Notes: generated by a model not told the origin, from the sequence alone. A DNA stretch of 64,000 bases from an uncultured delta proteobacterium (GCA_963782055.1 CAWAIF010000003.1:1792001-1856000); one strand, 5' to 3'; counted from the first letter of the stretch, positions 1 through 14,047 are shown. Numbers and translations are program-made.

Positions 1-127
1 CCGGCGCTCGCGTCGCGGGAGCCGTCGTCGATCGCGATCACCTCGTCCACCTCCGGCTCGGCCAGCACGCCGGCGAGCGCCTCGGCGAGCGTCGCCTCGG
101 CGTCGCGGTACGGCAGAAGGACCGAGA

Positions 128-131
<4 letters not shown>
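1..131 (-). CDS. Glycosyltransferase family 2, N-terminal fragment (runs off window)
   Basis: Hand translation from GTG at 131: VISVLLPYRDAEATLAEALAGVLAEPEVDEVIAIDDGSRDAS, a typical GT2 N-terminus (SVxxPxxN/D...xDDGSxD). GTGA overlap with the upstream stop. Confidence 0.8.
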
Positions 132-2428
<2,297 letters not shown>

Positions 2429-2503
2429 GGCGGGCGCTCGGCTCTCGCAGTGTAGTCCGGACGGTGCCGGCGTTGTAGCGATGCCCCCGGGCGGGGCGGC
2501 CGG

Positions 2504-3064
2504 TCACGCGCGCATCGCGGCCAGAGCGTCCGCCCAGCGCGCGAGCTCGTCCAGCATGACGGCCGCCGCCTTCTCCATCCCCTCCTCCCCCTTGAACACG
2601 CCGCCGTCCATGAGCCGCGAGAAGAAGGGGATGGTGACCGCCTCCGGGATGGGCATGATCTTCAGGGTGCTCAACACGCCCTTGGTCATCTGCACCGCGC
2701 GCGTCCCGCCGGAGACGCCTCCGTAGCTCACGAAGCCGGCCACCTTGTACGACCACTCGTGAAAGAGGTAGTCGATCGCGTTGAGGAGCGCCGGCGGCGC
2801 GCCGAAGTTGTACTCCGGCGTGACGAAGACGAAGGCGTCGAGGGCCGCCACCGCCGCGCTCCACCGCCTGGTGTGATCGTGCTGGTAGTCGCGGAAGCGC
2901 GGGTGCTTCGGTTCATCCAGGAGCGGCAGGTTCCACTCCGCGAGGTCGACGAGCTCGACCTCCATCTTGCCGTGGACCTTCGCCCTCTCGAAGAACCAGC
3001 GCGCGACCGGCAGCCCGACCCGCCCCGGCCGCGTGCTCGCGATGACGATTCCCAGCTTGCGCAT
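2504..3064 (-). CDS. NAD(P)H-dependent FMN reductase
   Basis: Start reassigned to MRKLGIVIASTRPGRVG; FVTPEYNFG..LLNAID and VSYGGVSGG motifs. Confidence 0.88.
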   Translation of the reverse strand: MRKLGIVIASTRPGRVGLPVARWFFERAKVHGKMEVELVDLAEWNLPLLDEPKHPRFRDYQHDHTRRWSAAVAALDAFVFVTPEYNFGAPPALLNAIDYLFHEWSYKVAGFVSYGGVSGGTRAVQMTKGVLSTLKIMPIPEAVTIPFFSRLMDGGVFKGEEGMEKAAAVMLDELARWADALAAMRA

Positions 3065-3157
3065 CGAACGGTGCTCCTCTGTCCGGCTGGCGAAACGGTC
3101 GCCATCCCGCGCGCCGCCGTTCGCGCGAGGGGCGCGGCATGATACGCCACGCGAGCG

Positions 3158-4042
3158 ATGAAAGCGCTCCGAACGCCCGACGCCCGCTTCGCCGACCTCC
3201 CCGACTTCCCCTTCGCGCCGCACTACCTGGACGTGGGGGACGACCTGCGCATGCACTACGTCGACGAGGGCCCGCGCGACGGACGCCCGGTCCTCATGCT
3301 CCACGGCGAGCCCTCGTGGTCCTTCCTCTACCGCAAGATGATCCCGGTGTTCGCGCAGGCGGGCTTCCGGGCCGTCGCGCCGGACCTCATCGGCTTCGGC
3401 CGGTCGGACAAGCCGGTGCGCAAGGCCGACTACACCTACGCGCGGCACGTCGCGTGGGTGAAGGCGCTGATCGACGCGCTCGATCTGCGTGAGGCGACGC
3501 TCGTCGCGCAGGACTGGGGCTCGCTCGTCGGCCTGCGCCTCGCCGCGGAGAACGAGGAGCGCTTCGCGCGCATCGCGATCGCCAACGGCTTCCTGCCCAC
3601 CGCCGATCGGGCCGTGCCCAGGGCCTTCCACGTCTGGCGTGCCTTCTCGCGATACGCCCCCGTCCTTCCCGTCGGACGCATCGTGGCCTCCGGGTGCGTG
3701 ACCAAGCTCTCCCCGCGCGTGCGCGCCGCCTACGACGCCCCCTTCCCGTCGGGCGCGTACAAGGCGGGCGCTCGCATCTTCCCGTCGCTCGTCCCGGTGG
3801 ACCCGTCCGACCCCGCCGTCCCCGCCAACCGCGCGGCGTGGGAGGTGCTCGGGCGCTGGGAGAAGCCCTTCCTCACCCTCTTCGGCAAGAACGATCCCAT
3901 CCTCGGCAAGGCGGATCGCCCGCTCCAGGAGCACGTGCCCGGCGCGAAGGGCCAGCCGCACGAGCGCTTCTGGGGCGGCCACTTCGTCCAGGAGGATCGC
4001 GGCGACTACCTGGCGAGCGCGATCGTCCGCTGGCTCGGCTGA
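3158..4042 (+). CDS. Haloalkane dehalogenase (alpha/beta hydrolase)
   Basis: [39 protein letters not shown] nucleophile motif, GHFVQED. Confidence 0.9.
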   Translation: MKALRTPDARFADLPDFPFAPHYLDVGDDLRMHYVDEGPRDGRPVLMLHGEPSWSFLYRKMIPVFAQAGFRAVAPDLIGFGRSDKPVRKADYTYARHVAWVKALIDALDLREATLVAQDWGSLVGLRLAAENEERFARIAIANGFLPTADRAVPRAFHVWRAFSRYAPVLPVGRIVASGCVTKLSPRVRAAYDAPFPSGAYKAGARIFPSLVPVDPSDPAVPANRAAWEVLGRWEKPFLTLFGKNDPILGKADRPLQEHVPGAKGQPHERFWGGHFVQEDRGDYLASAIVRWLG

Positions 4043-4061
4043 CCGACGCGGCCAGCGTCGC

Positions 4062-5546
4062 TCACCACTTCCCGGCCGTGAGGCGCATCAGCCCGATGTC
4101 CAGCCTCGCGAGCGGCACCTTGATCGCGCGGTACGGCTCGGTGGATGGGCTGAGGGTGAGGTCGAAGACGTCGTCGCCGGAGGCGTCCACCTCGGTGAGC
4201 ACGCGCGGCTCCTGCGGGCTGCCGCCCCAGCCGACGACGCTCTCGCCGTCGGGGTAGCGGCGGAAGCTGCCCTGGAACTGGCTCTTCGCCTTGCCGAGGA
4301 CCTGCCACGCGACCGTCGCCGTGCCCTTGCCGTGGTCGATGGCGTACTCGACGCCGCGGGCGACGCCGGCCGTCGTGGTGTGATCGTCGAAGAGGGTGAC
4401 GTCGCCGTTGGCGAGGATGCGAGCGTCGTGCTGCTTGGTGAAGGCGACCTGCGGGTCGCCGACGATCTGGATGTGCGCCGCGCCGTCCCTGGCGGGCGGC
4501 GTCCCGCCCAGCTTCCACGCGATCTTCCCGGTCTGCCTGTCGATGTAGATGACGCCGTCCAGCTGGCGGAAGGAGACGAGCAGGTTGCCGCTCGCGTCCA
4601 CGTCCACCGAGTTGCAGTGGAAGACGTCGCGCACGGTCTTGCCTCCCACGATGCTCGAGAGCACGACCAGCGACTCGGTCACCGGGTCGACGTGGTCGGA
4701 GGCGAGCCACGACCACACCAGGTTGCCCCCGGGGTCGATCTCCTGCACCTCGCAGTCGGCCATGGTCTCGTCGGAGCCCAGCTTGCCCAGGCCGGTGAGG
4801 TCGACGTGCTGCTCGATGGGGTAGGTGAGCAGGACGTGGTCGCCGCCGGGGAGCAGCCGCAGGTCGTGCCCGTCCGTCGGAGTGCCGACGGCCTTCACCG
4901 TCTGCACCGGGTCCCCGTTCAGCGAGAGGATCTCGAAGGCCTCCGCCGGATTGGTCCCGAAGGTCCCCGACGCCGTTGGCATCAGCGAGATGGTGTCGGT
5001 CGCGAGGGCGTCGACGTCCAGCACGCGGGTGCCGCGCGCGTACCAGACCGGCGTCCCGTGCGTGTCGAGCACCATGCCGTAGGTCGGCGACTCGAGCAGG
5101 TAGTAGCCCGGGGTGGGCTTGCCGCTCGGGTACGACGGGCCGAGCACGGGGAAGTCGTGCGGCAGGCACCGGATCCAGTAGTCGTTCGCCGCGACCACGG
5201 CCTGGTCCTCGAGCAGGTCGTACGGGGTCGAGGTGGTGCCCGTCGCGTCGGTGACCGTCACGGTGAGCGGGTTGTCCCCCGCGGCGCAACGGACATAGTA
5301 GTCGTGGATGTCCGGCGAGAAGGGCGGGACCAGCGTGAGGGGGGAGACGGAGATCTCGAGCGCAGCCGCGTCCCCATCGGGCGTCGCGTCGGCGGCCGCG
5401 TCCGGTCGCGCGGCTTCCGTCGACGCGTCGGTCACGCCGGCGTCGGCGGAGCTCGCGGCGGGGTCGTCCCCGCACGCGGCGAGCAGCGTCGCGATCACCA
5501 GGAAGTACGGGGACGGCGACCCACGCGGCACACCATAGCGTACCAC
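4062..5546 (-). CDS. Arylsulfotransferase (ASST)-like beta-propeller lipoprotein
   Basis: Lipobox LAAC; DVFHCNSVD..GNLLVSFR, KQHDAR and TLFDD motifs typical of the arylsulfotransferase family. Start uncertain. Confidence 0.7.
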   Translation of the reverse strand: MVRYGVPRGSPSPYFLVIATLLAACGDDPAASSADAGVTDASTEAARPDAAADATPDGDAAALEISVSPLTLVPPFSPDIHDYYVRCAAGDNPLTVTVTDATGTTSTPYDLLEDQAVVAANDYWIRCLPHDFPVLGPSYPSGKPTPGYYLLESPTYGMVLDTHGTPVWYARGTRVLDVDALATDTISLMPTASGTFGTNPAEAFEILSLNGDPVQTVKAVGTPTDGHDLRLLPGGDHVLLTYPIEQHVDLTGLGKLGSDETMADCEVQEIDPGGNLVWSWLASDHVDPVTESLVVLSSIVGGKTVRDVFHCNSVDVDASGNLLVSFRQLDGVIYIDRQTGKIAWKLGGTPPARDGAAHIQIVGDPQVAFTKQHDARILANGDVTLFDDHTTTAGVARGVEYAIDHGKGTATVAWQVLGKAKSQFQGSFRRYPDGESVVGWGGSPQEPRVLTEVDASGDDVFDLTLSPSTEPYRAIKVPLARLDIGLMRLTAGKW

Positions 5547-5672
5547 GCTCGAATACCCCGGCCCGCCCTCACCGGATCGTCGCTGGGCGCCGCCGTGGCG
5601 TGGCCTGCGGGGCTCCGCCGGGCATGAGACGAGGTACTCTTGGCGGGTAGCGCCCTCGCGAAAGGACCCCCC

Positions 5673-5972
5673 ATGCGTCTGTTCGGACCTGCGATCTTCG
5701 GTGTCATGCTGGCGGCCGCGTGCAGCAGCAACGGGGCCTTCGACGTCGGGAAGGATTGCACCAGCGACTCCGACTGCGGCGACGCCAGGTGCGTCGACGT
5801 CAGCGTCCCCGGCGACGCCGGTTGCGTCACCCAGAAGCAGTGCTTCTACCCGTGCACGACGGACAGCGACTGCGCCGGAAAGAAGTTCGGCAGCTTCGAC
5901 ACGCCGATCTGCTCCAACGGCGGTGCGGGCGGCTGCCCGCTGCTCACCCCGACCTGCACCTCCGCGCCCTGA
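5673..5972 (+). CDS. Small Cys-rich lipoprotein
   Basis: MRLFGPAIFGVMLAAAC lipobox; CTSDSDC and CTTDSDC repeats. Confidence 0.65.
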   Translation: MRLFGPAIFGVMLAAACSSNGAFDVGKDCTSDSDCGDARCVDVSVPGDAGCVTQKQCFYPCTTDSDCAGKKFGSFDTPICSNGGAGGCPLLTPTCTSAP

Positions 5973-5985
5973 TGCCGCTCGGGCG

Positions 5986-6378
5986 TCACTGCGCGTGGGC
6001 CACGCAGAGGCCCTGATCGCACGACGCGGCGAACGCCGAGCCGAGCTGGCCGAGCTCGTCCACCGCCGGGCTCGGCGGGCACTTGCACACCTTGCACGAG
6101 GTGTTGTCCGCCGTCTGCGTGCTCTCGAAGGTGCTCGCCTGATCGCCGCGGATCCCCTCCTTGACGATGGACCCGCAGCAGTCGGCGACCCGATCGACCA
6201 CGGTGCAGTCGGCCGCGCTCTGGCACTGCCGCTGGGCGTCGGCGCGCGGATCGCCGTAGCAGCCGGCGTCCTGGCCGCTCGCGGCGTCGGCGCCGGCGTC
6301 GGCCGCCGCGGTCTGGCCGCCGCAGGCCGCGCAGAGGAGGGTTGCCGTCAGCCACGCCAGCCGCACGCTCGGTCTCAT
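5986..6378 (-). CDS. Small Cys-rich lipoprotein
   Basis: MRPSVRLAWLTATLLCAAC signal; CQSAADC..CC..C..C..C pattern. Confidence 0.6.
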   Translation of the reverse strand: MRPSVRLAWLTATLLCAACGGQTAAADAGADAASGQDAGCYGDPRADAQRQCQSAADCTVVDRVADCCGSIVKEGIRGDQASTFESTQTADNTSCKVCKCPPSPAVDELGQLGSAFAASCDQGLCVAHAQ

Positions 6379-6407
6379 GGTCCGAGCATAGGCCAGGACG
6401 GGTCGGT

Positions 6408-6818
6408 TCAGAACTTGATGAAGAAGAAGGCGACGGCGACCCAGTCGGCGCGGATGCCCCGGGCGTAGCCGATGGTGGAGTGGCTCGCGTTCTCCACGGT
6501 CCCGTCCGACTTGACGTAGCCGATGGTGGAGTGGCTGCTGTTCTCCACGGTCCCGTCCGACTTGACGTAACCGATGGTGGAGTGGCTCCCGTTCTCCACG
6601 GTGCCGCCGCGCACGTAGCCGATGGTGGAGTGGCTGCCGTTCTCGATGGTCCCGTCCTGCTTGATGTAGCCGACGGTGGAGTGGCTGGCGTTCTCGATGG
6701 TGCCGTCCGCCTTGATGTAGCCGTGGGTGGAGTGGCTTCCGTCCTCCATCGTCTGCGCGAGCGCGGGGCCCGCGGAGAGGAGGACGGTGAGCAGGGCGAG
6801 GGGCAGGGTGTTCTTCAC
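6408..6818 (-). CDS. Secreted 17-aa tandem-repeat protein (beta-flower-like)
   Basis: Signal peptide, then about 5.5 repeats of GT(I/V)EN(A/G/S)SHST(I/V)GY(I/V)KxD. Confidence 0.7.
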   Translation of the reverse strand: MKNTLPLALLTVLLSAGPALAQTMEDGSHSTHGYIKADGTIENASHSTVGYIKQDGTIENGSHSTIGYVRGGTVENGSHSTIGYVKSDGTVENSSHSTIGYVKSDGTVENASHSTIGYARGIRADWVAVAFFFIKF

Positions 6819-6826
6819 GGGCTCTC

Positions 6827-7396
6827 CTACGGCAGACCGCTCCGGGACCTTCCCCCGAGGTGGGCGCTAGCGAGCGGTGCGCTCCCCGGCACTTGCTCCT
6901 CCTCCTCGCCGGCCTCTTCCAGCCGTCCCATGTGCGCGTCCCCGGAGGCGGCGATGCGGTAGCCGGCGGGCTGCGCCTTGCCCAGCGCGGAGGAGAGGCC
7001 GCGGAAGACCCCGTGCGCGAGCACCTCCGGCGGCAGGCCAACAGGCTTGGAGGTGAGCAGCATCCTGGCCGCTTGCCACACGAGGAAGATCAGCATCGGG
7101 AAGACCAGCATCGCGCCGAGGATGACGGCCGCGACGATGCGCTGGTCCTGCCACGGGCGCACGTCCAGTCGCACGCGTGTCCCCGACTCCTCCGGCTCGA
7201 CGCGCACGATAATCTCGCGCCCGGGCATGCCGGCCATGTGCGCCGTGTAGCACCCGGGCAGCGGGTTCTGGATGGTCTCGCCGAGCGCCTGGGCGAGCAC
7301 CTGCGGCAGCACCGCGAGCACCGCGTCCTCCGAGAGCCCGTAGACGCGTGACTCGGTGTAGGTCGAGTCCGAAACCGGTCGTCCCTGCGCGGCCAC
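6827..7396 (-). CDS. Hypothetical membrane protein
   Basis: ORF with one hydrophobic segment (IVAAVILGAMLVFPMLIFLVW). Confidence 0.5.
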   Translation of the reverse strand: MAAQGRPVSDSTYTESRVYGLSEDAVLAVLPQVLAQALGETIQNPLPGCYTAHMAGMPGREIIVRVEPEESGTRVRLDVRPWQDQRIVAAVILGAMLVFPMLIFLVWQAARMLLTSKPVGLPPEVLAHGVFRGLSSALGKAQPAGYRIAASGDAHMGRLEEAGEEEEQVPGSAPLASAHLGGRSRSGLP

Positions 7397-7441
7397 GGCG
7401 CATCATGGCCCGGGCCGCCGGTCGATTCAACCGGCGCGCCG

Positions 7442-8335
7442 CTACGCGAAGGCGTCGACCAAGAACCGCACGAAGGCGCGCGCGTTGGCCGAGGTCGCGC
7501 GGGCGGCGGTCGTCAGGGCGCGGATGTCCGGACCCGCCGTCGACGCCGCCGCGAGGACCTCCACGAGCAATCCCTCGCGGAGCTGCTCCTCCACCATGAA
7601 GTCGATGGCCTGGAAGATGCCCATCCCCGCCGTCGCCGCCTGGAGCAGGAAGGCCGCCTGATCGAGCAGCAGGTTGCCCGCGACCGCCACGCCGGAGGTC
7701 CGCGTGCCGTCGGAGAAGGTCCAGTCGCGCGGCCTGCCGTTCGGCCCGACGAAGCGCAGGCAGTTGTGCCGGGCCAGATCGTCCGGGTGCTTCGGCACGC
7801 CGCGGCGCGCGAGGTACCCGGGGGAGGCGATCGTCACCCAGCGCGTCTTGCGCAGCAGCCGGGAGACGAGGGTGGAGTCTTCCAGCGCACCCATGCGGAT
7901 CGCCACGTCGTAGCTCTCGACGGCGAGGCGCGCGATGCGATCGCTCAGGTCGATGCGGAAGGAGAGGCGCGGGTACTGCGCGACGAGGCGGGGCAGGTTC
8001 GGCACGACGAAGGGTGCGAGGATGAAGGGGAGAGTCACCGCGACCTCCCCGTGCGGCTCGCGGCGCGTGGCGTGCATCGCCTCACGCGCGCCCTGCACAC
8101 CGAGCACCGCTGGCCGGCACCGCTCGAGGAAGGTCTCGCCCTCGCGCGTGAGGCGGACGACGCGCGAGCTGCGCTCGAGCAGGCGCACGCCCAGGTCGTC
8201 CTCCAGCCTGCGCACCGCCTTGCTCACGGCGGCGGTGGTGACGCCCAGGCTCGCTGCGGCGCGGCCGAAGCTGCGCTCCTCCGCGGTGCGGACGAAGGGG
8301 AGGATCCCTGCGAAGAGGTCGGGGCGGACCTTCAT
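7442..8335 (-). CDS. LysR-family transcriptional regulator (CrgA-like)
   Basis: N-terminal HTH SFGRAAASLGVTTAAVSKAVRRLEDDLGVRLLERSSRVVRLTREG; divergent from the oxidoreductase. Confidence 0.92.
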   Translation of the reverse strand: MKVRPDLFAGILPFVRTAEERSFGRAAASLGVTTAAVSKAVRRLEDDLGVRLLERSSRVVRLTREGETFLERCRPAVLGVQGAREAMHATRREPHGEVAVTLPFILAPFVVPNLPRLVAQYPRLSFRIDLSDRIARLAVESYDVAIRMGALEDSTLVSRLLRKTRWVTIASPGYLARRGVPKHPDDLARHNCLRFVGPNGRPRDWTFSDGTRTSGVAVAGNLLLDQAAFLLQAATAGMGIFQAIDFMVEEQLREGLLVEVLAAASTAGPDIRALTTAARATSANARAFVRFLVDAFA

Positions 8336-8436
8336 GGTGGCCGGGGCGCGTTCATCGTCAACTTCTGCTCAACGATAGGTTTCCCCATAGCGACTGGTCA
8401 ACCCACGCGACGTGCTTACCCTGGGTCTCGAAGGAG

Positions 8437-9129
8437 ATGAACACCATGAACATCGGCGTGCTCGGAACAGGGATCGTGGCCAAGAGCATCGCGGGGAAGC
8501 TCGCCTCGCTCGGACATTCGGTGAAGCTGGGGACGCGCGACCCGGCGGAGACGCTGAAGCGCAGCGAGCCGGACATGGCGGGCGGTCCGCCCGTGCGTAC
8601 GTGGCTGGAGGCGCAGCCGAAGGTGTCGCTGGTGCCCTTCGCCGAGGCGGCGAAGCACGGGGAGGTCGTGTTCAACGCCCTCTCCGGACAGGGCGCGCTC
8701 GCGGCGCTGGAGCTCGCCGGCAAGGACAACCTGGCGGGCAAGGTGATGGTGGACATCACCAACCCGCTGGACTTCTCGAAGGGCATGCCGCCGTCGCTGA
8801 CGATCGCCAACACCGACTCGCTCGGCGAGCAGATCCAGCGCGCCCTGCCGAAGACGAAGGTGGTCAAGACGCTGAACACCCTCAACGCCTTCCTCATGGT
8901 CGACCCTGCGTCGCTGGCCGGCGGCGATCACAGCATCTTCGTGAGCGGCAACGACGCCGGGGCGAAGGGTGAGGTCACCAAGATCCTGAAGGAGTGGTTC
9001 GGCTGGAAGGACGTCATCGATCTGGGTGACATCTCCACCGCGCGCGGGACGGAGATGTTCGTCGCGCTCTGGGCGCGCCTCTGGGGGGCGCTCGGGTCGC
9101 CGTCGTTCAACATCAAGGTCGTGCGCTGA
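8437..9129 (+). CDS. NADP oxidoreductase, F420-dependent family
   Basis: IGVLGTG Rossmann fold, VDITNPLDFS, SLGEQIQ..P..KVVKTLNT, IDLGDISTARGTE; GGAG RBS. Confidence 0.85.
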   Translation: MNTMNIGVLGTGIVAKSIAGKLASLGHSVKLGTRDPAETLKRSEPDMAGGPPVRTWLEAQPKVSLVPFAEAAKHGEVVFNALSGQGALAALELAGKDNLAGKVMVDITNPLDFSKGMPPSLTIANTDSLGEQIQRALPKTKVVKTLNTLNAFLMVDPASLAGGDHSIFVSGNDAGAKGEVTKILKEWFGWKDVIDLGDISTARGTEMFVALWARLWGALGSPSFNIKVVR

Positions 9130-9265
9130 GCCGCGCGGCTCAGCGCTTCTCGCACGGGGCGCCGGCGGCGCGCCGCATCGCGCAGGCCATCTCCGACTCG
9201 CCCGGGCAGCAGGGCGACGGCGGTGGCTTGCGCGCGGCGCTCGCCGCCGGCGACGGCCCCTCACG

Positions 9266-9718
9266 TCACACGAGGCGCTTCTCGTAGACGTTGTCGCACC
9301 AGTCGTTGTCCAGCTCCTCGACGAGCACGAAGCCGTTGCGCTCGTAGAGACGGCGCGCCTCCACGAAGCGCCGCGAGGAGTCCAGCCAGATGCGTCCGTA
9401 GCCGGCAGCGCGGGCGAACACCTCTGCGCGCGCGTAGAGGCCGCGACCGACGCCGAGGCCCCGGGCGGACTTGCTCACGTACAGGCGCTTGATCTCGCAC
9501 GTCGCGCCCTCGCGCGGCCGGACCGCGACGGTCCCGGCGACGGCGCCGTCGATCTCCGCGACCCAGAAGCCGGCGCGCGCGCCCGCGTAGGTGGCGGTCA
9601 CGTCGGCCAGATCGCGCCGCAGGCCGCCGACGTCCGCCGTGAAGCCGTACTCGGCGAGGACTCCGCTCACCAGGTCGACCACGGCGTCGTGGTCTTGCGG
9701 GCGGTAGTCGCGGATCAC
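9266..9718 (-). CDS. GNAT-family N-acetyltransferase
   Basis: CEIKRLYVSKSARGLGVG acetyl-CoA motif and ARRLYERNGF; start reassigned to GTG (VIRDYRP). Confidence 0.85.
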   Translation of the reverse strand: MIRDYRPQDHDAVVDLVSGVLAEYGFTADVGGLRRDLADVTATYAGARAGFWVAEIDGAVAGTVAVRPREGATCEIKRLYVSKSARGLGVGRGLYARAEVFARAAGYGRIWLDSSRRFVEARRLYERNGFVLVEELDNDWCDNVYEKRLV

Positions 9719-9828
9719 CGTCGCATCCGTCCGTGGCAGGCGGCGCTCGTCACGAGCCGGGTGACGGCGGTGTAGCCCATGCGCCGAGTGTAGCCCTGCC
9801 CCCTGGTCCCGTGTGGTAAGCAACGGCC

Positions 9829-10866
9829 ATGCGAATCTGCATCCTGGGCGCCACGGGTCTGGTCGGTCGGGAGAGCCTCTCGCTCGCCGGGCGGGCGTGG
9901 CCGGGCGCCGAGCTGGTGCTCTACGCGAGCCGCGACCAGACGATGGAGCACGAGGGCAAGTCGCTCCCGGTGTGGGCCGCTGCGCAGCTGGAGACCGCCG
10001 GCGCGCCGCGCGGAGACCTGGCGCTCGTGGCGCTCGACGACGATCACAGCAAGCGGTACGTGCCGCGCCTGCTGGAGCTCGGCTACCGCGTCGTCGACAA
10101 GAGCAACACCTACCGCATGGACCCGAAGGTGCCGCTGGTGGTCGGCGGCGTGAACACGGCGGAGGTGCGCGACGACGTGCGGCTGGTCGCCAACCCCAAC
10201 TGCACCACCATCCCCTTTGCCCTCGCGCTTGGTCCGCTGCAGCGTCGCTTCGGCCTGGCCGCGGCGACGGTGAGCACCTACCAGGCTGTGAGCGGCGCCG
10301 GCCTCGCCGCCCTGGACGCGTTCCTCGCCGAGTCGAAGGTGGGCTACGCCGAGGTCGAGAGGCTCGGCGTGGCGTTCGACGTGGCGCACTACGCGGCGAA
10401 CGTGGTCCCCCACGACGGCAAGACCGACGAGAGCGGCTTCTCCGGGGAGGAGCGCAAGCTCGTCCAGGAGAGTCGCAAGATCCTGGCGCTGCCCGAGCTG
10501 CCCGTCTCGGCGCAGTGCTGTCGCGTGGCGGTCGCGGTCGGGCACTACCTGAACGCGTGGGTCACCCTCGGAGAGCGCGCGGAGCTGGAGGCGATCGCGG
10601 CCACGCTGGGCGACGCCGCGCAGAGCCCCTTCGTGCGCTACCACCCCGGCGCGACGGGCGGCGGCATCACCACGCTGGCGTGCGTTCGCGATCGCGATCG
10701 CGCCCTGGTGGGCCGGCTGCGGCGGGATCCGCGCGACGCGAGCGGGCGCAGCGTGTGCCTCACCATGGCGGCGGACAACCTGCGCCTGGGCGCGGCCACC
10801 AACGCCGTGCGCGTCGCCAGCCGCTGGTTCGCCTCGCAGGACGCCGACCTCGCCGCGCCCCGCTGA
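9829..10866 (+). CDS. asd: Aspartate-semialdehyde dehydrogenase family protein
   Basis: ILGATGLVG, VANPNCTT with the catalytic Cys, STYQAVSGAG, EERKLVQESRKIL, DNLRLGAATNAV. Confidence 0.75.
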   Translation: MRICILGATGLVGRESLSLAGRAWPGAELVLYASRDQTMEHEGKSLPVWAAAQLETAGAPRGDLALVALDDDHSKRYVPRLLELGYRVVDKSNTYRMDPKVPLVVGGVNTAEVRDDVRLVANPNCTTIPFALALGPLQRRFGLAAATVSTYQAVSGAGLAALDAFLAESKVGYAEVERLGVAFDVAHYAANVVPHDGKTDESGFSGEERKLVQESRKILALPELPVSAQCCRVAVAVGHYLNAWVTLGERAELEAIAATLGDAAQSPFVRYHPGATGGGITTLACVRDRDRALVGRLRRDPRDASGRSVCLTMAADNLRLGAATNAVRVASRWFASQDADLAAPR

Positions 10867-10923
10867 AGCAAGAGGTGCCGTCACCGTGTGACGCGCGCGC
10901 GCTGGGGTGCGACACTCCCGCCC

Positions 10924-11709
10924 ATGAGCCCACGCGTCACCATCGAGAAGGAGGGGCACGTCCTCTCCATCGGCGTCAACCGGCCGGAGAAGCGCAACGC
11001 CTTCGACCTGCAGACCATCGACGAGCTCGGGAAGGCCTACGCCGCCTTCGCGGAGGACGACGACGCGCGCGTCGCGGTGCTCTTCGGTCACGGCCCGCAC
11101 TTCTCCGCCGGGCTGGACCTCGCGGAGGTCGGTCCGGCGGTCGCCGCGAACGGGCCGGACGCGCTCGCCGGCGGGCACGACTACAATCCCTTCGGCATGT
11201 GGGGGAAGCTCGCGCCCAAGCCTGTCGTGATGGCGGTGAGCGGCATCGCCTTCACCCTCTCCATCGAGCTCGCCCTCGCGTGCGACATCGTCGTCGCCGC
11301 CGAGGACGTGCGCTTCCGGCAGCTGGAGATCGGCCGCGGCATCCTGCCCTTCGGCGGGGCGACGGTCCGCGCGCCCGCGCAGCTCGGGTGGGGCAACGCG
11401 ATGCGCTTCCTGCTCACGGCCGAGGAGTTCGGCGCGGCGGAGGCGCTGCGCATCGGCCTGGTGCAGGAGGTCGTGGCGCCGGGCGAGCACGTGACGCGCG
11501 CCCGCGCGATCGCGGCGACGATCGCGAAGCAGGCGCCGCTCGGCGTGCGGGGCACGCTGGAGAACGCGCGCATCGCGCGCGAGAAGGGGCTGGACGCGGC
11601 GCGCGAGCACCTGAAGACGATGCTGCCGAAGCTGATGACGAGCGAGGACGCGGCGGAGGGGCTCGCGAGCTTCCTCGAGCGCCGCGAGGCGTCGTTCCGC
11701 GGCCGCTGA
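10924..11709 (+). CDS. Enoyl-CoA hydratase / crotonase family protein
   Basis: NRPEKRNAF, HFSAGLDL, ELALACDIVVA, EIGRGILPFGG, EGLASFLERR. Confidence 0.9.
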   Translation: MSPRVTIEKEGHVLSIGVNRPEKRNAFDLQTIDELGKAYAAFAEDDDARVAVLFGHGPHFSAGLDLAEVGPAVAANGPDALAGGHDYNPFGMWGKLAPKPVVMAVSGIAFTLSIELALACDIVVAAEDVRFRQLEIGRGILPFGGATVRAPAQLGWGNAMRFLLTAEEFGAAEALRIGLVQEVVAPGEHVTRARAIAATIAKQAPLGVRGTLENARIAREKGLDAAREHLKTMLPKLMTSEDAAEGLASFLERREASFRGR

Positions 11710-11743
11710 TCTCGCGCGTGTGCCGTGATACCGTCCGTGAACG

Positions 11744-13330
<1,587 letters not shown>

Positions 13331-13342
13331 CCGCGCGCGGCT

Positions 13343-14047
13343 TCACGCCAGCTCGAGGACGATCTCCGGCGCGCCGGGCGGCCCGTAGGGCCCTTCGAAG
13401 CGCACCAGCCGCAGCGGCCCCTCGCCGTTCTTCGCGTACCAGATGTGGTACTTCGGCAAGAACGGTCGGACCATCCGCGTGATGACGCTCCCCAGCTTCA
13501 CCCAGTCGTTGATGTCCGGGTACATCACGAGCTCGGTCGTCTCGAAGCGGCCCGCGGGCACCGTCACGTCGGCGCGCTTCTTCGCCACCTCGTAGTAGAC
13601 CTTGGCGACGAAGCGATCGCAGATCCACGCGTAGAGGGAGCGGCGCTCGGCGTCGAGCGGGTGGCCGCGCAGGAGGAAGGGGAGCATCGTCTCGGGGTAG
13701 GTGGCCTCCGGGAGCTTCGGCACCGCCGAGCCGAAGTCGGCGTGCTCCTGCCGGAGCGCTTCGCCGCCGGCGTCACGCAGCGCGCGCGTGAAGCGGGTCG
13801 GCCGCAGCGCGGGCGCCGTCGCGAAGCTGCAGCGCTCGTCGAAGTGGCCGCTGGCGACGGGCATCTGGACGCTCAGCTCGCCGATGCCGTCGGCGAGCGA
13901 CCAGGTGACCGTCGCTGCCTCCCGCGACGTGAAGAGGTCACTCGCGTCCAGCGCGGTGTGGAAGGCGCGGGTCTCGCGCGGCCGCACGCGGTAGCGCGCC
14001 GTGACCGGCTCGGAGTGGAAAGGGTTGTGGATGGGTTGAGGGACCAC
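13343..14047 (-). CDS. Hypothetical protein (DUF3108-like VTVPAGxF motif)
   Basis: Protein-like C-terminal part of ORF 13343-14740, containing DVTVPAGRFET. Start is a guess. Confidence 0.5.
   Translation of the reverse strand: MVPQPIHNPFHSEPVTARYRVRPRETRAFHTALDASDLFTSREAATVTWSLADGIGELSVQMPVASGHFDERCSFATAPALRPTRFTRALRDAGGEALRQEHADFGSAVPKLPEATYPETMLPFLLRGHPLDAERRSLYAWICDRFVAKVYYEVAKKRADVTVPAGRFETTELVMYPDINDWVKLGSVITRMVRPFLPKYHIWYAKNGEGPLRLVRFEGPYGPPGAPEIVLELA

Noticed and set aside
6465..6750. CRISPR-like regularly spaced repeats
   Set aside because: The repeats are contiguous, in frame and coding, with no unique spacers and no cas genes.
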